A DNA stretch of 60,366 bases, filler included, from Hausera hauseri (lineage: Eukaryota): assembly GCA_046269625.1 (NCBI GenBank). It is 9 parts of 9 records of this genome, joined end to end, with 100 filler letters (N's around TTAATTAATTAA, not from the genome) between each part and the next. Parts side by side here need not be neighbours in the genome. Positions count along the whole stretch, not along the records: positions 34,886 to 39,156 come from JBJURY010665441.1; positions 39,257 to 51,799 come from JBJURY010028893.1; positions 51,900 to 55,999 come from JBJURY010762207.1; 6 more parts are not named here. One strand, given 5' to 3'. Positions 37,679-52,028 of the stretch are shown piece after piece. The first letter of the stretch is position 1. Every line of letters begins with the position of its first letter. The notes under the pieces were generated by a model that did no database searches, was not told the DNA's origin, and saw only the letters and a list, made by a program, of their open reading frames with translations. Made by a program: the position numbers and the translations under genes.

Positions 37679-38481
37679 ATAATGAACCATTGGTTCTTGT
37701 AGAAACGGTAATCGCTTAACTATTAATTTATGCATATTAATTATAGATTTTGCTACATTTGTCGCAAATTGTGTACTTTGCATTGAAATTATTGATTGTG
37801 AATATTGTCTGAACGTTGTTCAGTGCTAACATGTGTGATTATTAATTGTCGAGAATTATTAAACAACTGCTGGAAATCGAAAACAATTAAGTTGGTAAAC
37901 AACACCTACGCCAACGAAAATGTATATAAGGTGTAGATTTTTAAGTGAAGTTAGTTAGTGTTTCTTCGACTGTAGCGTCGAATTGTCTCAAACGAATTTG
38001 AATTGGAATAGTTAGTTTTTCTTCGACTATAGCGTCGATTTGTGTAGTTGACAATCTGCGAAGATATTCAGTCCAGCTTCGACTGTAGAGTTGATTAGTT
38101 CAGATCAATCCAGTGATTCTAGTATATCTACAACTGACATTCATTATTGACTTACGTTGTGTTACGTTGATCCGTGATTGTTTTATTATATCGTGAGTAT
38201 TATATTTTGTTTTCTAAAATCCCTCTATAGTTGCCATCGGCCCTTAAGGCTGATTTGAGTTACATTAAGTATTAAATTCACAGTAAATTATATAGGTGAC
38301 TAGAATTAATCAAACTACGCACAGGATTTGCATTCACCACATTTGCATTCACGTAAAATAGACATACTAGGCACATTCGTTTAACGATAACGTTAGACGG
38401 GATTTGCACATAGATATTTAAATTCAAGAGTAACTACGTTATATAAGGGGCGTTAGTTAAGGGCCACCCATATATATAACA
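37671..38481 (+). repeat. 3' LTR of Gypsy family B
   Basis: PPT GGGAGGAGAAA, then TGTTGTAAAT...TAAGGGCCACCCATATATATAACA; the end matches the LTR end at 11994. Confidence 0.8.
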
Positions 38482-39156
38482 AAGGGAACCGAGTTAAAAT
38501 ATAGAGATAAGATAACCAATATCAACTGGCATGAGAAGTTACAGAATTGTGAAATTTTAACTGAGGAAGAGAAGAGAATGCTAATCGAGCTATTACAAAA
38601 GAATAATGACCGATTTGCACAAAATGATTACGATTTGGGTACAATGAATGTAATACAACATATAATTAAATTAAAAGAAGGATAGGATAACCCAATCAAG
38701 AAGAGGCCATATCGAATAACATATGACAAAAAACAAGAGGCACGAAAGATAATAAAGGAGAAGAGGGAAAACAAGATTATTCGACCAAGTTGTTCTCCCT
38801 GGACGGCTCCTGTAGTAATAGTCAAGAAGAAGGATGGAACTGAGATTTTGTATAGATTATCGATCGTTAAATGAAATAACCGAAACGGACACATATCCAT
38901 TGCCAAGAATTGACGAAATATTAGACAGGCTTCATGGATCGACAATATTCTCAACGATAGATTTCCAGAAAGGTTATTGGCAAGTGGAAGTGAAGGAAGA
39001 AGATAAACCAAAAACAGCCTTTTCAATAGGAGAAGGATTGTGGGAATTTAATAGGATGCCATTCGGACTACAGAATGGACCACCAACATTCCAGAGAGGA
39101 ACGGAACTCTTATTGTTAGACGCCCCACATGCCATGATATATATTGATGATGTAAT
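38482..39156 (+). mobile_element. Gypsy pol fragment (RT) into which the family B element is nested
   Basis: SPWTAPVVIVKKKDG, RFCIDYRSLN, YPLPRIDEIL, MPFGLQNGP, YIDD; one frameshift. Confidence 0.9.
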
Positions 39157-39256
39157 NNNNNNNNNNNNNNNNNNNNNNNNNNNNNNNNNNNNNNNNNNNN
39201 TTAATTAATTAANNNNNNNNNNNNNNNNNNNNNNNNNNNNNNNNNNNNNNNNNNNN

Positions 39257-42041
39257 AATGCACCAACAGACAAACTCCTTAACCCACATAAGGTGAGTTT
39301 GTTTGTTTGTTTGTTTTTTTTTTTTTTTGTACTTTCCTTTTCATAATAGTTTACATGCTGTTGCATTTACTTGCAATTTTACGATATTTATTGTCTGCTT
39401 GTGAACGTTATGATTCTTGCTATCTGCTGTTTTTTTTTTTTTAGTGTATTTACAATTTTTATTTTCTAGTCGTTGCATTTATGACTCGTCCTGTCTACCT
39501 GTTACTTTCACTAATTTTTACAAATAAAAGTTTTGTTGCTACTTATGTGATATTTTAATATCTAATATTATTTTACCCTTTTTCAATTATGCGGTCTGTA
39601 ACTTTTTTATTTCTCTCGTCGGAAGAACACAATTTTTCATCGGCTACTAAATTAAACTGTGCCAGGTTAGGGAATAATCCCTATTAGTTTTATGTTCTTA
39701 ATTGTTTACATCTAGTTCATCTTCTTGTTAATTTTATGACATCTACTTGTTATCTTTATGATTCTTGCTATCTACTTTTGTATTTTTTATATTCACTATT
39801 TGTGCTTTTTTAAGCTTTTCAGACTATTTCTTTATGTCATCTATGTGACCCTGCTGTTTGTTTCTTTCATATATTTATAACTTTGCAGTCCTTGTGTTTA
39901 TGACTCTTACCATCTGCTTGTTAACTATCACTCTTGCTATGTGTTTTTTATATATTTAGAACTTTTACTTCGTAGTCGTTACCTTAACGACTCTTACTGT
40001 TTACTTGTTACATTCATTATTTTTAACCTTTAAAAATTAATTACTTTCAACATGATCGTTAAAATAAATCTAATTTTACGTTACTGACCTTCTTCAATTA
40101 CATGTTCTGTAACACATTTTTTTTTATTCGCACGATTTTATGGTTATCTTTATCATATTTAAAATGAAATGTGGCAGGTTATACATATTCCTCGGGGAGG
40201 GTGCAAATAACGACATTTGAATGGTTGTTTGATGACCGTAAGACCTTATTATATCAAACAATTTCGGGGCAAGAAATACAGTGATCTCAGTAACCAGTTT
40301 TCATTAAGAAACTTGACAATTTCTTGCGGTAGATATTATTCAGCATCCAGAACCATCAGCTGGCAATATCATGTGTCCAAGTTCATAAGTTTACGTTTAG
40401 CTCAGTGTTTGAGCTGAACAGCACTGGCCAAGACCCTGCGATTTTGGTAGATATTTTATACTAGAATTCAATTAGAGTAACCGCCATTAAGCGTAGTCAC
40501 TTTTCGTTTTGCAACTGCCAAAGGATTATCGTACGTGCAGGACAAAGCACACGGACGTACGATTTCACTATCCAGAGATCAGTGGAATTTATTACTAAAG
40601 GATGGAGGATTAAACTCCTTACTGTACCTAGTCAGATTAAAAGCACTTGGCCTCCATGTTTTAATGCAATGCTTGGCCTCCTAGAAGTGATCCACCTCTC
40701 ACCTTTGACCATTTCGATCCTCCCAACGTTGGCCAGAATTTCTTCTGTTTCCAGGACGCACTGCGAGGAAGTGTTAAGAGGTCTTGGCTAGTATGTTGGC
40801 CATGACTAGATTGCGATGCGATCACAGTCTCAGCGTCCCAGCTGGATAGCTTAAAGAAACTTTTGTTTGTACTTGAGATCATAAATGCAGTTTGATTTAC
40901 ATAATTCAGTATTTTGGAAAGCAGTTGTCCATACCATGCTAATGTTTCCTTGTTTTACCTACATCCTTCAGATGGATTCTTACTGTCTCGGTGTTGTGTT
41001 ATGGTCCTTGGTTCTGAAGCGAGAACCCGATGACAATATTGAGTATTACTTGGAGGCGAGTCAAAACGAGAATATACCTCCACATATCAGGTATGTCAAA
41101 TTAATTCTGTACTCATTAGAAACTTTACTCTTTTGTCATTAATTACCGTTTCATATTCTACTCTTTCACGTATTCCCCTATTGTCCACTTTTTTCATTTT
41201 CTTTATGATTATTTTTTTTCGTAAAGTTATCTACGTCCAAAATCTTATAGTGTTAGTTTTCACAGTTTTCCTTTACCAAAGTCACATAAGCTGGATCTCC
41301 GCAATGGTAAAGCTGTGATTATGACACTTCAGAACAGCCAGTATCCAAGCTGGAGAAAGAAGGAAAACCATGGTGAGGAGAACGCTGCATTATTTCCTGG
41401 ATTTCTGAAAGCCATCCAGCCCAATTTCAGTTAAACAAAATGCATTATTTGCACATGTCAGAAATATGATTTGCAATTGCTGAGACGAGCTAAAAAATGG
41501 AACTTAGATTCATTAGTACATTGAAGCTCATATCGTACGCCACGTTCAAAATAAGTCAATTTGTCAATAAATTATGATGACACGATAGGAAGTAAAAAGT
41601 TAGAAAAGTCACCTCAGATCTCCATCTCGTTTCTGGAAAAAAAACAGTAATAATAATAATATTAAACATCGGAGAGAATTTTTGAAATTAATTAATGTCC
41701 AACCGGAAAATGCTGAATCCTGAGGTGGGGCATGATGGGAAATGTCTTAAACGTGGCGATGCTGGAAACGTAAAGAAAACATAACTTGCTGAAAATTACA
41801 TCTAGCAACACCAATCCCCCACCCTACTAAATCACTCTACCTTTTACCATCCCTCATGCACATATCTCAATCCTTATCGGTGGCATGTATTCTTAATTAA
41901 GTTTCATTTTTCACCAGGTGCTGGTTACTCAATCTTCTAGAAAGGGATCCAGAAAAGAGACTGACGATTGAACATTTTTTGAGAACTGTCAGACGAGAAG
42001 GCTCGTTCCGCTGTCTTGTAGACCGCTACTTCTATTACTAG
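39257..42041 (+). CDS. Ser/Thr kinase gene copy 1: end of exon 1, exon 2 (40972-41090), exon 3 (41918-42041)
   Basis: MDSYCLGVVLWSL (subdomain IX) and LLERDPEKRLT (XI); splice phases are consistent with the exon-1 end at 39292. Confidence 0.8.
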
Positions 42042-43322
42042 ACCAGATTCGTTTACTTAGTCTTTTGCATGGTTTCCTCAAGGGTTAGTCATTTTATTGT
42101 TTAGACGTTTTTCAATATTTGCATTTTTTGTACTTTAGCATTATTTCAAACTGTTTGTAGTTTTAGTTTAGTAGAATCGAATGGTCAACATCTTCACAAA
42201 AGAATATATATCCAAAAGTGGTCAGTTCTTCTTCATACTGGGGGATTTTAACTTAGTGCAGAAGCTCTATTGCACCGTAAATGGTGCCCACATGCGGGTT
42301 AATGTTTTACTGAAAATTGTTCCCGGGCATAGGCCATTAAATGGTACTTAGTGATGAACCACCAGGGGCAGATGAACGTATTGAGGCTAAAGGAAACGAG
42401 ATGAACGAACATTAAAGACATTTGCTCAGCCATCGTGTCTTGTAACATGCTAAAGACAGCTGCATTGCATGGTCAAGAAATGAGCTCAGTAGTAATGACA
42501 TGTATTTATATCAATAGCGTGGGGGTTGCTATTAGTTTTATCATCCACGTAGTTAACCTCTATCGCATGCCGAATGTGCAAGACATGGTCGATGAATATA
42601 TGCGCAGAAGTTAAAACCGAAAAAAGCTTTTCGAACACCTGACAGACCAAACACGAGGAAGATGTCATCAACAGGATTTAAGGAAAGTTCTAAATACCTA
42701 ACTTGAAGTTAGGTTTAATCACTCCACACTAAATGCTCACATAAACAGACTAAACCCACGGACTACAGCACAAGATAGACATTTACACAGCAATATGAGA
42801 CAGTAGAGCACCATCTACTGTCTTGCCCAACCCTTCAGGAGCGAAGACAGACTGAGCTAAAAGGCAACCAAATCATTGATACTATATGGCCGCCCAAAAA
42901 CAGCTTATTAAAGCTGCATAGTACAACATAACTGCAACAAAATCAAAAAGAGCTTATGCAAGATGACTCTGGATCAAAGATATGACAATGTCAAATGTGC
43001 TTTTTAATGGAATGAATTGAAAAGACTAGTTATTAGTATTATTGTTATTGGTTTTATTATTGTTGTTGTTAAGTCTGACCGACGCCGGTACTTTTATTTA
43101 TCACTAATTTCAGAACATATTTTCAATGCAGTGTTTCAGGAATGATATATTAATCTTTTTGGAAGACTATTTAAGTTTGATTTTCTTCTAACTTTGAAAG
43201 GACGTTTTCTTAATGTTTTGTATTTTTTTCTGCAGTCTTATGCCGTATGAAATTGTAATTAAAATATTTTTCTCTAATATTTTATATTACTATGTTAAAA
43301 TATGAAATAACTATGTTCTGTG

Positions 43323-43324
<2 letters not shown>

Positions 43325-43400
<76 letters not shown>
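43325..43400 (+). repeat. (TG)38 microsatellite
   Basis: Pure dinucleotide run. Confidence 0.99.
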
Positions 43401-43408
<8 letters not shown>

Positions 43409-45778
43409 CAGCATGCCATTTCTTCGTCTGTGTGATTTTATTAACTTGATGAAACAATTTGTTTGCTATTTTTATATTGAACATGTTACTAATGCACAAA
43501 CTGTAATTGTCTTCTACCCAGAAATTGTTTTGTAAGCTGTTTTACACTGTTATTTCTAATGAATAAATAGGAACACAAAATTCCGTTGAAACAACTGTTC
43601 ACTCGTCATTGGTTTTCTTCATGTTTACGTTCCTTTGTTGTCCCATACCTGACAGTGTGGCTGTCAGTGGCAAAAGAGTGGCTCAAGTTCTGCTGTCCAC
43701 ACCACCAGGAAAGCTATATTCAAATGATAAGGGTATCATGCAAGATAAACTAACCGTTCTCAGATGGTCTGGTCAGTGCATGAAAATTTTGTGAAATTCG
43801 AGTGCAAGGGGGAGAGGGGGGCGGTAAGAAAAGAATATCCCTTATACATCATGTCAGAGCTGACACATTCAATTCTGTTTCAACCTGCAAGCAAAACTGC
43901 AACAGAACAATTTGACAATGATTTAAACTGTGCAGAGTTGAATTCGTGTCTCGTAATTTGTCACAACATATTTACAACATTACGCTCTCATAACCTTTAG
44001 CCGTTGCAGACGAGTTGAGTGAGGTCCAGAACAGCATGTGAGCTATATGCCCCATGTGTCGTTCGTGCTGCTAGTCGGGAAATTAAAATGATAATACCTT
44101 CACATATAAGACATGTAAGACTGATATTATCTTTTCTAAAATGATCCGATATTAAAAACATCCTCTAACTTTTAAATTCTCTTTTTCAAGATAAACTGGT
44201 TTTGAAAGACAGATACATGCGTCATAATCAAACTGAAAATCTTGTTAATTATTTTGCAGAAATGTTAATTTGGACCACCTCTAGGCGAAACATTTCACGA
44301 TACTGATAATTGATTTTATCTCTAAACGTCTGCACTAAAATCATTTGAAGAAGAAGATAATTATAATTGTAACTTGAGAATAACACTTCTGGTTAATTTG
44401 ATTTCACTAATTACCAGTGTCTAGTATGAGAGTAAACTGGGTGAAAAATTAATTACTTTTGTTTATCTTATGAATGTTTCTGTTGTCAGTTACATCCAGT
44501 CATTGCATGAATGGTGGGTAGAAATTAATAGCATGGAATTAACATTTTATTTTATTAATTAACATAGTCGAGCATAACACTAAACTTGTAGAACAATTAA
44601 TTCCTTATTTGTAATGTATAAATGTACGCTATGTAATCAAAAGTTGGTAAAAATAAATAGAAGGGAATTAACAACATTTAAACCGTTTAGCAGTAGTTTT
44701 ATTATTTGCTCCATTTGCTTCAGTCTTCTCCGTCTAAAGCACTTACTTGTATTTTTAAATTAATGATCTTAAAAATCATGTAAATTCAAATTAACTATTA
44801 TCTCTTCAATGTGATACTTGTTTCAATGTTCAGCTTACGAGACATGTATTTACTGTGTTCTATTCTGGCATAACTCTCAGTTTTCTGATAATTTTAAATA
44901 ATTGGTTATTCTCTACTTTATTAGACTGGGTTGTGCTGTGGTGGTTGTCATAGCTCAGAGGATCAGAAAGCCTGAGTTATCAGGTAACATTTCTACCACA
45001 GAGGTGGCATTGCCAGAGCTGGTGATGTGAGAAAAGAAATTTGAGGGATTTCAAAGCATTCAACATCCAGGACATAAACAAAACCCATTTTGTACAATGT
45101 AAACGTTTGTGAGGTTATCTTATGCGAATCGGTGACATGGACAACGAACACGAAAACGAATAGTCGACTGAGAAGATTTAAGAGACATATCTAAGAACAG
45201 ACATTAAAATCCGTTGCAGATTTAAAAAAAAAAGTCAAATGCGAAGCGAAAGCACAAGGCACATGCATCACTAATATTAATGACGGAATGAAAAAGAAAA
45301 CAAAATGAAAGTTATTAGCCCATATACTGACGGTGAAGAAAAATGGACACCCATTCACTGCCCCAAAGTAGAGACAAGTAAGCAGGAGTTAAGAAGTGAC
45401 CGTAGAAGACTAACCATGGAAAGAAAAGAGACAAATAACGGAAAGGCATGAAATTACTTCGAACTGGCGTGCCCAAGACACAGATTTTATTAGAAAATTC
45501 TTAAGTTTCTAGTGGAGCTAGGAGATGTAAAAGAAGAAACTTCCAGAACAAAAAACCCCATGAAACCATCCGACGTTCGAACTCCCATTGTCACAAGCAC
45601 ACACTAGTACACCTATGGCAAACCAAACATTGTTATCAATTACCCATGGCCGATTAGAATTCCCCGAGTCCCTTTCAACTGTTAATTGTTGAACCCATTA
45701 CTACTCCCTTCCTAAGAACCTGTCTTTTAATATAATACTCAGGAAATTAAAGTTAAATGTATGTGATGCTTGTTTTGG

Positions 45779-46295
45779 TTGATTGATTTGATTGATTGAC
45801 TTTCCTGTTGGACCAAGATGGCTCATAGGGCAGACATTTTTGTCTCCCACACTTGTTTGTCCATGCCTGCCCGTTGAATCTCGTTGATAGTTTTGAGGCC
45901 CAAGTTGGCGCCTTCCCTGGTGATGGTTCTGCGCAGGGTTTCTTTTGGTCTGCTTATTTTTCTCTTGCCCTCTGGAGACCATTCCATGACTTGGCGGGGT
46001 AGCCTATTTTCGTTCATTCTAAAAACATGACCGATATATGACCAATTTCGCCGCCTGATGCGTTGTGATACATAGCCTTGGTTCGTTTCTTCTCTTATTG
46101 AAGTATTCGATCTAAAGTCAGGCCACTGGATATTCAATAGTCTGCGGAGGCGTTTGTTTTCAAAGGCGTCAAGTTTCCAGTCTAACGATGTAGTTGATTT
46201 CCAACTCTCGCATCCGTATGTTAGTACTGGAATGACACAAGCATTGAAAATTCCGTGCTTCGTATGTTTGCTCAGTGTTCTTGACTGCCAGATTC
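45779..46295 (-). mobile_element. RTE-like LINE 3' fragment with (TCAA)n tail
   Basis: PVLTYGCESW, RRNWSYIGHVFRM..RLPRQVMEW.PEGKR..RPKET; tail GTCAATCAATCAAATCAATCAA. Confidence 0.8.
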
Positions 46296-46489
46296 TTATT
46301 TACTCACATTAATTGCTTTTTTTCTTTTTCAAAAACAGTAATGAAATCTCTGTCATTTGACACAGGATACACAGATCTTTATTTATTTATTTATTTTTTT
46401 TTTTTTGCCCATACCGATCTCTACTATGTTTTGATTAAGTTTTGAGAAACGTTTTTCATAGCTGGCTGCGAAAACTGTGAAGAGTCTTC

Positions 46490-48480
46490 TTATAAATTTT
46501 CTTGCTTCAAAATTGTGCCCTCAGTGTGAATTTCACACCCCCCTTGATTCTCAAGAATAACTATGTCAGTATACCAGGCTACACGATTTACAAATGCCGC
46601 TGTCAAATCAATTGTCGTGGGATTACGACTCTGGTAAGGAATGATGTCCAAACACAGGATGAAAGCATTCATACCAATGATAAAACCGACATCTAGCGAG
46701 TGAAGTCTTAGGTAATTGAGAGCACACTCCAAATCTTCAATGTCTGTAACCCCCTCCTCCCCCCGCCGAAACAAGTGAAATCTACTTCAATGAAACCAGT
46801 TTCAGAAAAAAAATATTCATAGCAGTAGATAGTAATTACCACTTCCCAATCTGTATAAGATAACAATAATTCAGGCCAGGCAATTGAAGATCTACGTAAT
46901 AGCTACAACCTCAACGTTCTCCAAAATAGGGAATTTCCTCCAACCCTCCTCCATAAATCAAGTGGAACATGTAGTCGACCACATTAGTGTTTACAGACTT
47001 TTCCAACCATTACAAATGGAGGGTACTGGAAGACATTGGAAACGATCACCAGCCCATACTAATTATTGTCTTCCAGACTAAGAATAAAGTTAAACCCATA
47101 AGAAAGCCGAAATGTAATTATGCCAGAGATTACTGGGAAGATTACAGAATCACGATGAAAACAGAAAAAGCCAATAACAGCACTTTTTATGAATAATTCA
47201 TTTCATCTGAATTTGAGTCCAGTCTCAACAAGATGAAAGTGCAAAATGCACCATGGCCAGACCATAATACCAATGAAATTCTTCTCAAACTTGGTGAAGA
47301 CGTCTCACAGACAGTCCTAAATTGTATCAACAAAATATAGAGACAATGTAATGTAACTACAGGATGGAAAACAGCCAACATCGTACCCATCCTCAAAAGA
47401 GACAAGCACCTGGTGAAATGAATAGCTACCGGCCTATTTCTCTTATATTCAGTATTGGGAAAACTGTTGAAAATATGATAAACACGCGACTTTACCAGTG
47501 GTTGGAGAATGATAATATCCTCCACCCCAACCAAACGTGTATTAGAAGAAGAAAGCAGACCGTTGACTAGCTGATCCGTCTGGTACAAAACGTCACTGAT
47601 GCTTTTCAAAAGAAAAGTCAGGTTGCAGCAGTCTTTGTAGATCTCAAGCAGGCATACGACAGAGTGTGGAGAGATGGCCTCTTCCACAAGATGCATAAGA
47701 TGAGAGTGGCAGGTAGACTGTACAAATGGATCAAAGATTTCTTAACGAATCGAAACATTTGTACACCTAACAATGGAATAACATCAGAAAAACTGATTAA
47801 AGAAGGTCTTCCTCAATGCTCCATCCTTTTCCTTATCTATATCAACGATTTGGCAAACTCCATTAATGTGCCCAATGCTTTGTTTGCAGACAACCTAATT
47901 GTACAGCGGAAGAAAAAGTACCACTCCAACCTTGCGATATGTAAGCTCTGTCATAGAGTACGCCAACAAATGACTTCTGCTTCTGCCAATGTATTACACC
48001 TCGAACTAAGGAGAGGAAGGCCTGTTAGTCAACAGCAGACGGATTTCTGAGAAAAGACAAAGACGTTCCTTGGAAGAAGATTGTAATTAACTACGAACCC
48101 AGGAGACGAATCAAGAACAATTCTGTGATGCAAATACATACAGAGATATCAGAAAGCACTATCTACCAGAGACAAGACTGCTAACATATCGGTTTCTAAT
48201 TGTCCACCTAACATAGAACTGGGAAAACCAAAAATTCGAACAAATCTTCTCTGCATGCAAATATGAGCCTCATGCCTATATTGCTAAAACACCCGCGCAC
48301 TGGAAACAATCTACCATTACGAAGATTGTATGCTTATTTACACAGATGGGTCAGTATTTAAAGCAAAAGTTAGTACATGATATAGAGCTGAACTCATTCT
48401 ATCAGATACAAAGGAGCCCATCAAAATATTAGACCCTTGTCGTAAACGGTGCACGAATTATGATGCAGAAGTGGTGCGTC
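46490..48480 (+). mobile_element. Decayed non-LTR retrotransposon (endonuclease-RT-RNaseH)
   Basis: IPGYTIY, GNDHQPI, SYRPISL, AVFVDLKQAYDRVW, LFLIYINDL, LFAD, IYTDGS. Confidence 0.85.
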
Positions 48481-48589
48481 TGTCAATATTCAATTTAGGA
48501 TGATATAAAACAATGATGGAGGTAATACAGATCCTTGGCTGACACCTGTGAAATTTTGGAAATATTAAACTACCTATCTTTAGTAAGGA

Positions 48590-50075
48590 CTGCACTTGTT
48601 GTTTAAGTTTTTAGTTATTCTATTGCTTGAATGATGTGTTCACCGAAGTTGTAATTTCGCATAATTGCCGTTGGATGTCTAATGCAAAGTGTTACAGAAA
48701 TCTATGAAACAAACATCCAGAGAAATCGTTCAACCAGTTGTAAAGAATGCAAAAGAAATGGTTGAATACAAGAAAGAACATACAACAGAAAAGATAAAGA
48801 ACTTTACAGACATCTAAGTGCTACAAAATAAAAGGTAATGCTGCAAAGACGACTTGCAAACCAAGAGATGTAACAATATGGAAGAATAAGGCAACAACAA
48901 ATAAAAAATATGCACCAAACAATATATAATATTAGAGGGAGAAGTTCAAATAATTCAGCAGGATGGATCAAATTAAAATAAAGTAAAATATTTATGAGAA
49001 AGAAGTAATAGCAAGATGACGGGAATACATATAAGAACTATAAAAAGATAATAGGCCCGAGATACTGACACTAACAATGTGCAGGATTTACCATTACCAG
49101 GCCCAGAACATGTAACAGTTGAAGAATTGGAGGCATTTTATGATTTTTAAAACATCGAAAAAAAAACAGTTCAATGATATCTACAACATATGGAACATAC
49201 CAGAAAAATAGTTCAATCAATATTTAAAACACTACCTAAAATTAGGTGCCATAGAATGTGAAGAGTACAGCACTGTAAGTCTCATGAGTCATGTGAACAT
49301 GATAATGATGAGGTTAATTATTAGCGGACTCATAAATAAAATATTCGGAAATATCATATATATATAAGGAAGGTAAAGATCTTCAATGTCTCGACCTACA
49401 TGTTAAAAAAAGTACAGTAACGAGGAAAGTTTCTAAGAAGAAGGCACAACCAGTGTTCAATATAAAGACAGAAACTACTGAACAAAACAAGTACAGAAAT
49501 TCAAATATCGCGGAATTCTCGTAACATACAATGGCAGAAACGAACGGGCAGATGTGACAGGGAAATTAAAAGTATAACTGAACATGCAAAAACAACATTT
49601 CAGATAATGAAAATCATATTGTGTGCTACAGAGATCTTTCATTGCAGTTTAAAAATATAGGAGTTCTGCAGTGTTATATGGAACTCATATTTCCGTATAG
49701 CTGCAAAAATACTGGAAAATTCATTAAAAGCAACAGAAATGTAGTTTCCCATAAGAATATTGAAAATCCCATGGGCAACAAAGAGAACAAATGGAAATGT
49801 TTTACATGAAGCAAATTCAGACAAATCGCTTATCAGAAAGAAAAAAGCATTAAATTTGGCCATGTTTTAAGAAAAGAAAATCTAACAAACTTTTTCACCA
49901 CCATCAAAATACCAGGAAACAGAAGTAGTAGACTACAAAGGATGAACCGTCTGGATGGTTTGCGTGAATGGCTCGGAAATAAGTCAACGGCAGAGACGAA
50001 CATGATGATTGGGGACACAAAGGATAGCAAGAGATAGAGACCCTTGACGACCTACGCGTGGCACCTCATGATGAT
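48590..50075 (+). mobile_element. Highly decayed RTE-like LINE
   Basis: LPKxGAIECEEYSTVSLMSH, VQKFKY, LNFGHVLRKE...IPGNR motifs in broken frames; boundaries approximate. Confidence 0.6.
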
Positions 50076-51057
50076 AAGCAAGATGCCATACCTTGTCGAA
50101 AGCTCTTTTATAGTCTAGAGAAACGAGAAATAAGACTTGATGGTGGTGGGTGTTCTTCTCGTTCAACATCCTTAGATTAAATATCTGTTCAGTGCTATGT
50201 ATCTTTTCGAATCCCTTGCCACTATTAAAAAACCAACTTCAAGCCTATCAACATGAACTTCAGATGTCTCGTCTCTGTTTTTTTCCTCTATGCGACTGTC
50301 TGCTAAAATCATAGTTAAACTTAATAATGTAAAACCGCATTGTAATTTGTAATAAGATTTAATTTCTAGCGAAATGTGTCATTTGTTCAGTGATAATTCA
50401 CATCAATAGTCTTGGTCAATTTGTCATGTATTCCTCTGTATATCAAAATTTTGGATACAAAAGACTGACTGTTTTGACCAGTGAATACAGAACAGAAGAT
50501 TATATTTTCAATGACCACCTAACAAACAGTTATAGTTTGCTGAACTTCTTATTTCCTTTTTTCAAATTCTCAATATGCTTCAATAAAGTAAACCTACTTT
50601 TGTTTACAAGAACTTCAAAGGGCCGTCAGTTTGGCATTTAAGTTTAAACACAATGGACATGGATTACTGACACCTTCATTGTTACAAATACCGTAGATGG
50701 CAGCCAGTAGGCCAGGTTTGTTTATTGAAGCACGGAACCCAGTCTTTATTCAAATTCATATAATTGTTTATATATCAGACAAAAAGATTTGATAAACCAA
50801 ATATTTCATGACTTGGCTGGTCTACCAATGATTCCGTAACTTCCACCCTGACTGGTATATAAGTTCAGCTGTATATTACTTATACTCATCAGTTTGCAAA
50901 TCGTGATCTAGCGTTCACTGTGACTTTTTCAATCCGTTTTGGATTAATCATCTTTCACGCTTGATATATTAATTTGGCGTAATCTACAATTTAAAGATTT
51001 CTAGAATTGTTGTGTTCTAGTGATTTTGCTCTTCCCATAATCAATCTACAAACTAGC

Positions 51058-51681
51058 ATGGCTGAATCTGTTGTGCGTAGCCCATTAGTGAATGAACTGA
51101 ACGGAGGTGATTTCTTTACAGCATTCAATCTCCATCCAGAAGCGGTGATTGATGCTGGAGTGTGTGGAGAGATTGTGTTAGCTACATCTTTGATCAAACC
51201 CGAGGTCAAACGTGTTGTGAAGAAATTCACTCTTCTACATGATGAGACAAGAGACAGGAATAAAGAAACTTTCCATACGGAAGTTCAGTTTATGCAATCA
51301 TTTGACCATCCATATTTAATGAAATGTTTCTTCGCCGGACAGGGCCCGGAGTATCTAGCATTCAGCATGTCTTTCTATCAAAGGGGCACTCTGGACAAGT
51401 ATTTTCGTAATGTCTGTCCTGAGCTTTCCGAAATGCTGGTCACTCAGGTTGCTTGTGCTCTTCGTTATATGCACAAAAATTACGTTGTTCATCTTGACGT
51501 CAAACTGGACAATATCTTTCTGGATGATAATTTCAATGCCATTCTAGGTGACTTTGGTTTGGCTGTTGAGTTGTATCCTCAGCAGCAGACAATTCGTAGG
51601 GGGTTTTGTGGCGGTACAAGCTGTTATTTTCCTCCAGAACGGATTAATGCACCAGCAGACAAGCTCCTTAACCCGTATAAG
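51058..51681 (+). CDS. Ser/Thr kinase gene copy 2, exon 1 (subdomains I-VIII)
   Basis: DAGVCGEI G-loop, VVKK, HPYL, HLDVKLDN, DFG, GTSCYFPPE, then GTGAG donor. TATA-like GTATATAAG at ~50856. Confidence 0.88.
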
Positions 51682-51899
51682 GTGAGTTTTTTTTTTTTTT
51701 TTGTAGTTTCCTTTTCATAATAGTTTACATGCTGTTGCATTTACTTGCTAATTTTACGATATTTATTGTCTGCTTGTGAACGTTATGATTCTTGCTATCN
51801 NNNNNNNNNNNNNNNNNNNNNNNNNNNNNNNNNNNNNNNNNNNTTAATTAATTAANNNNNNNNNNNNNNNNNNNNNNNNNNNNNNNNNNNNNNNNNNNN

Positions 51900-52028
51900 A
51901 TCCTGTTTGATTGACTATATACATCCTGTTTGATTGACTATATATCCTGTTTGATTGACTATATACATCCTGTTTGATTGACTATATACATCCTGTTTGA
52001 TTGACTATATATCCTGTTTGATTGACTA
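51900..52028 (+). repeat. 21/23-bp tandem repeat, about 6 copies
   Basis: ATCCTGTTTGATTGACTATAT(AC) repeated. Confidence 0.95.

Noticed and set aside
43320-43535. Cys/Val-repeat ORF
   Set aside because: Translation of a (TG)n microsatellite.
51900-52028. Possible CRISPR or telomeric repeat
   Set aside because: Simple head-to-tail 21/23-bp minisatellite with no spacers and no G-rich telomere motif.
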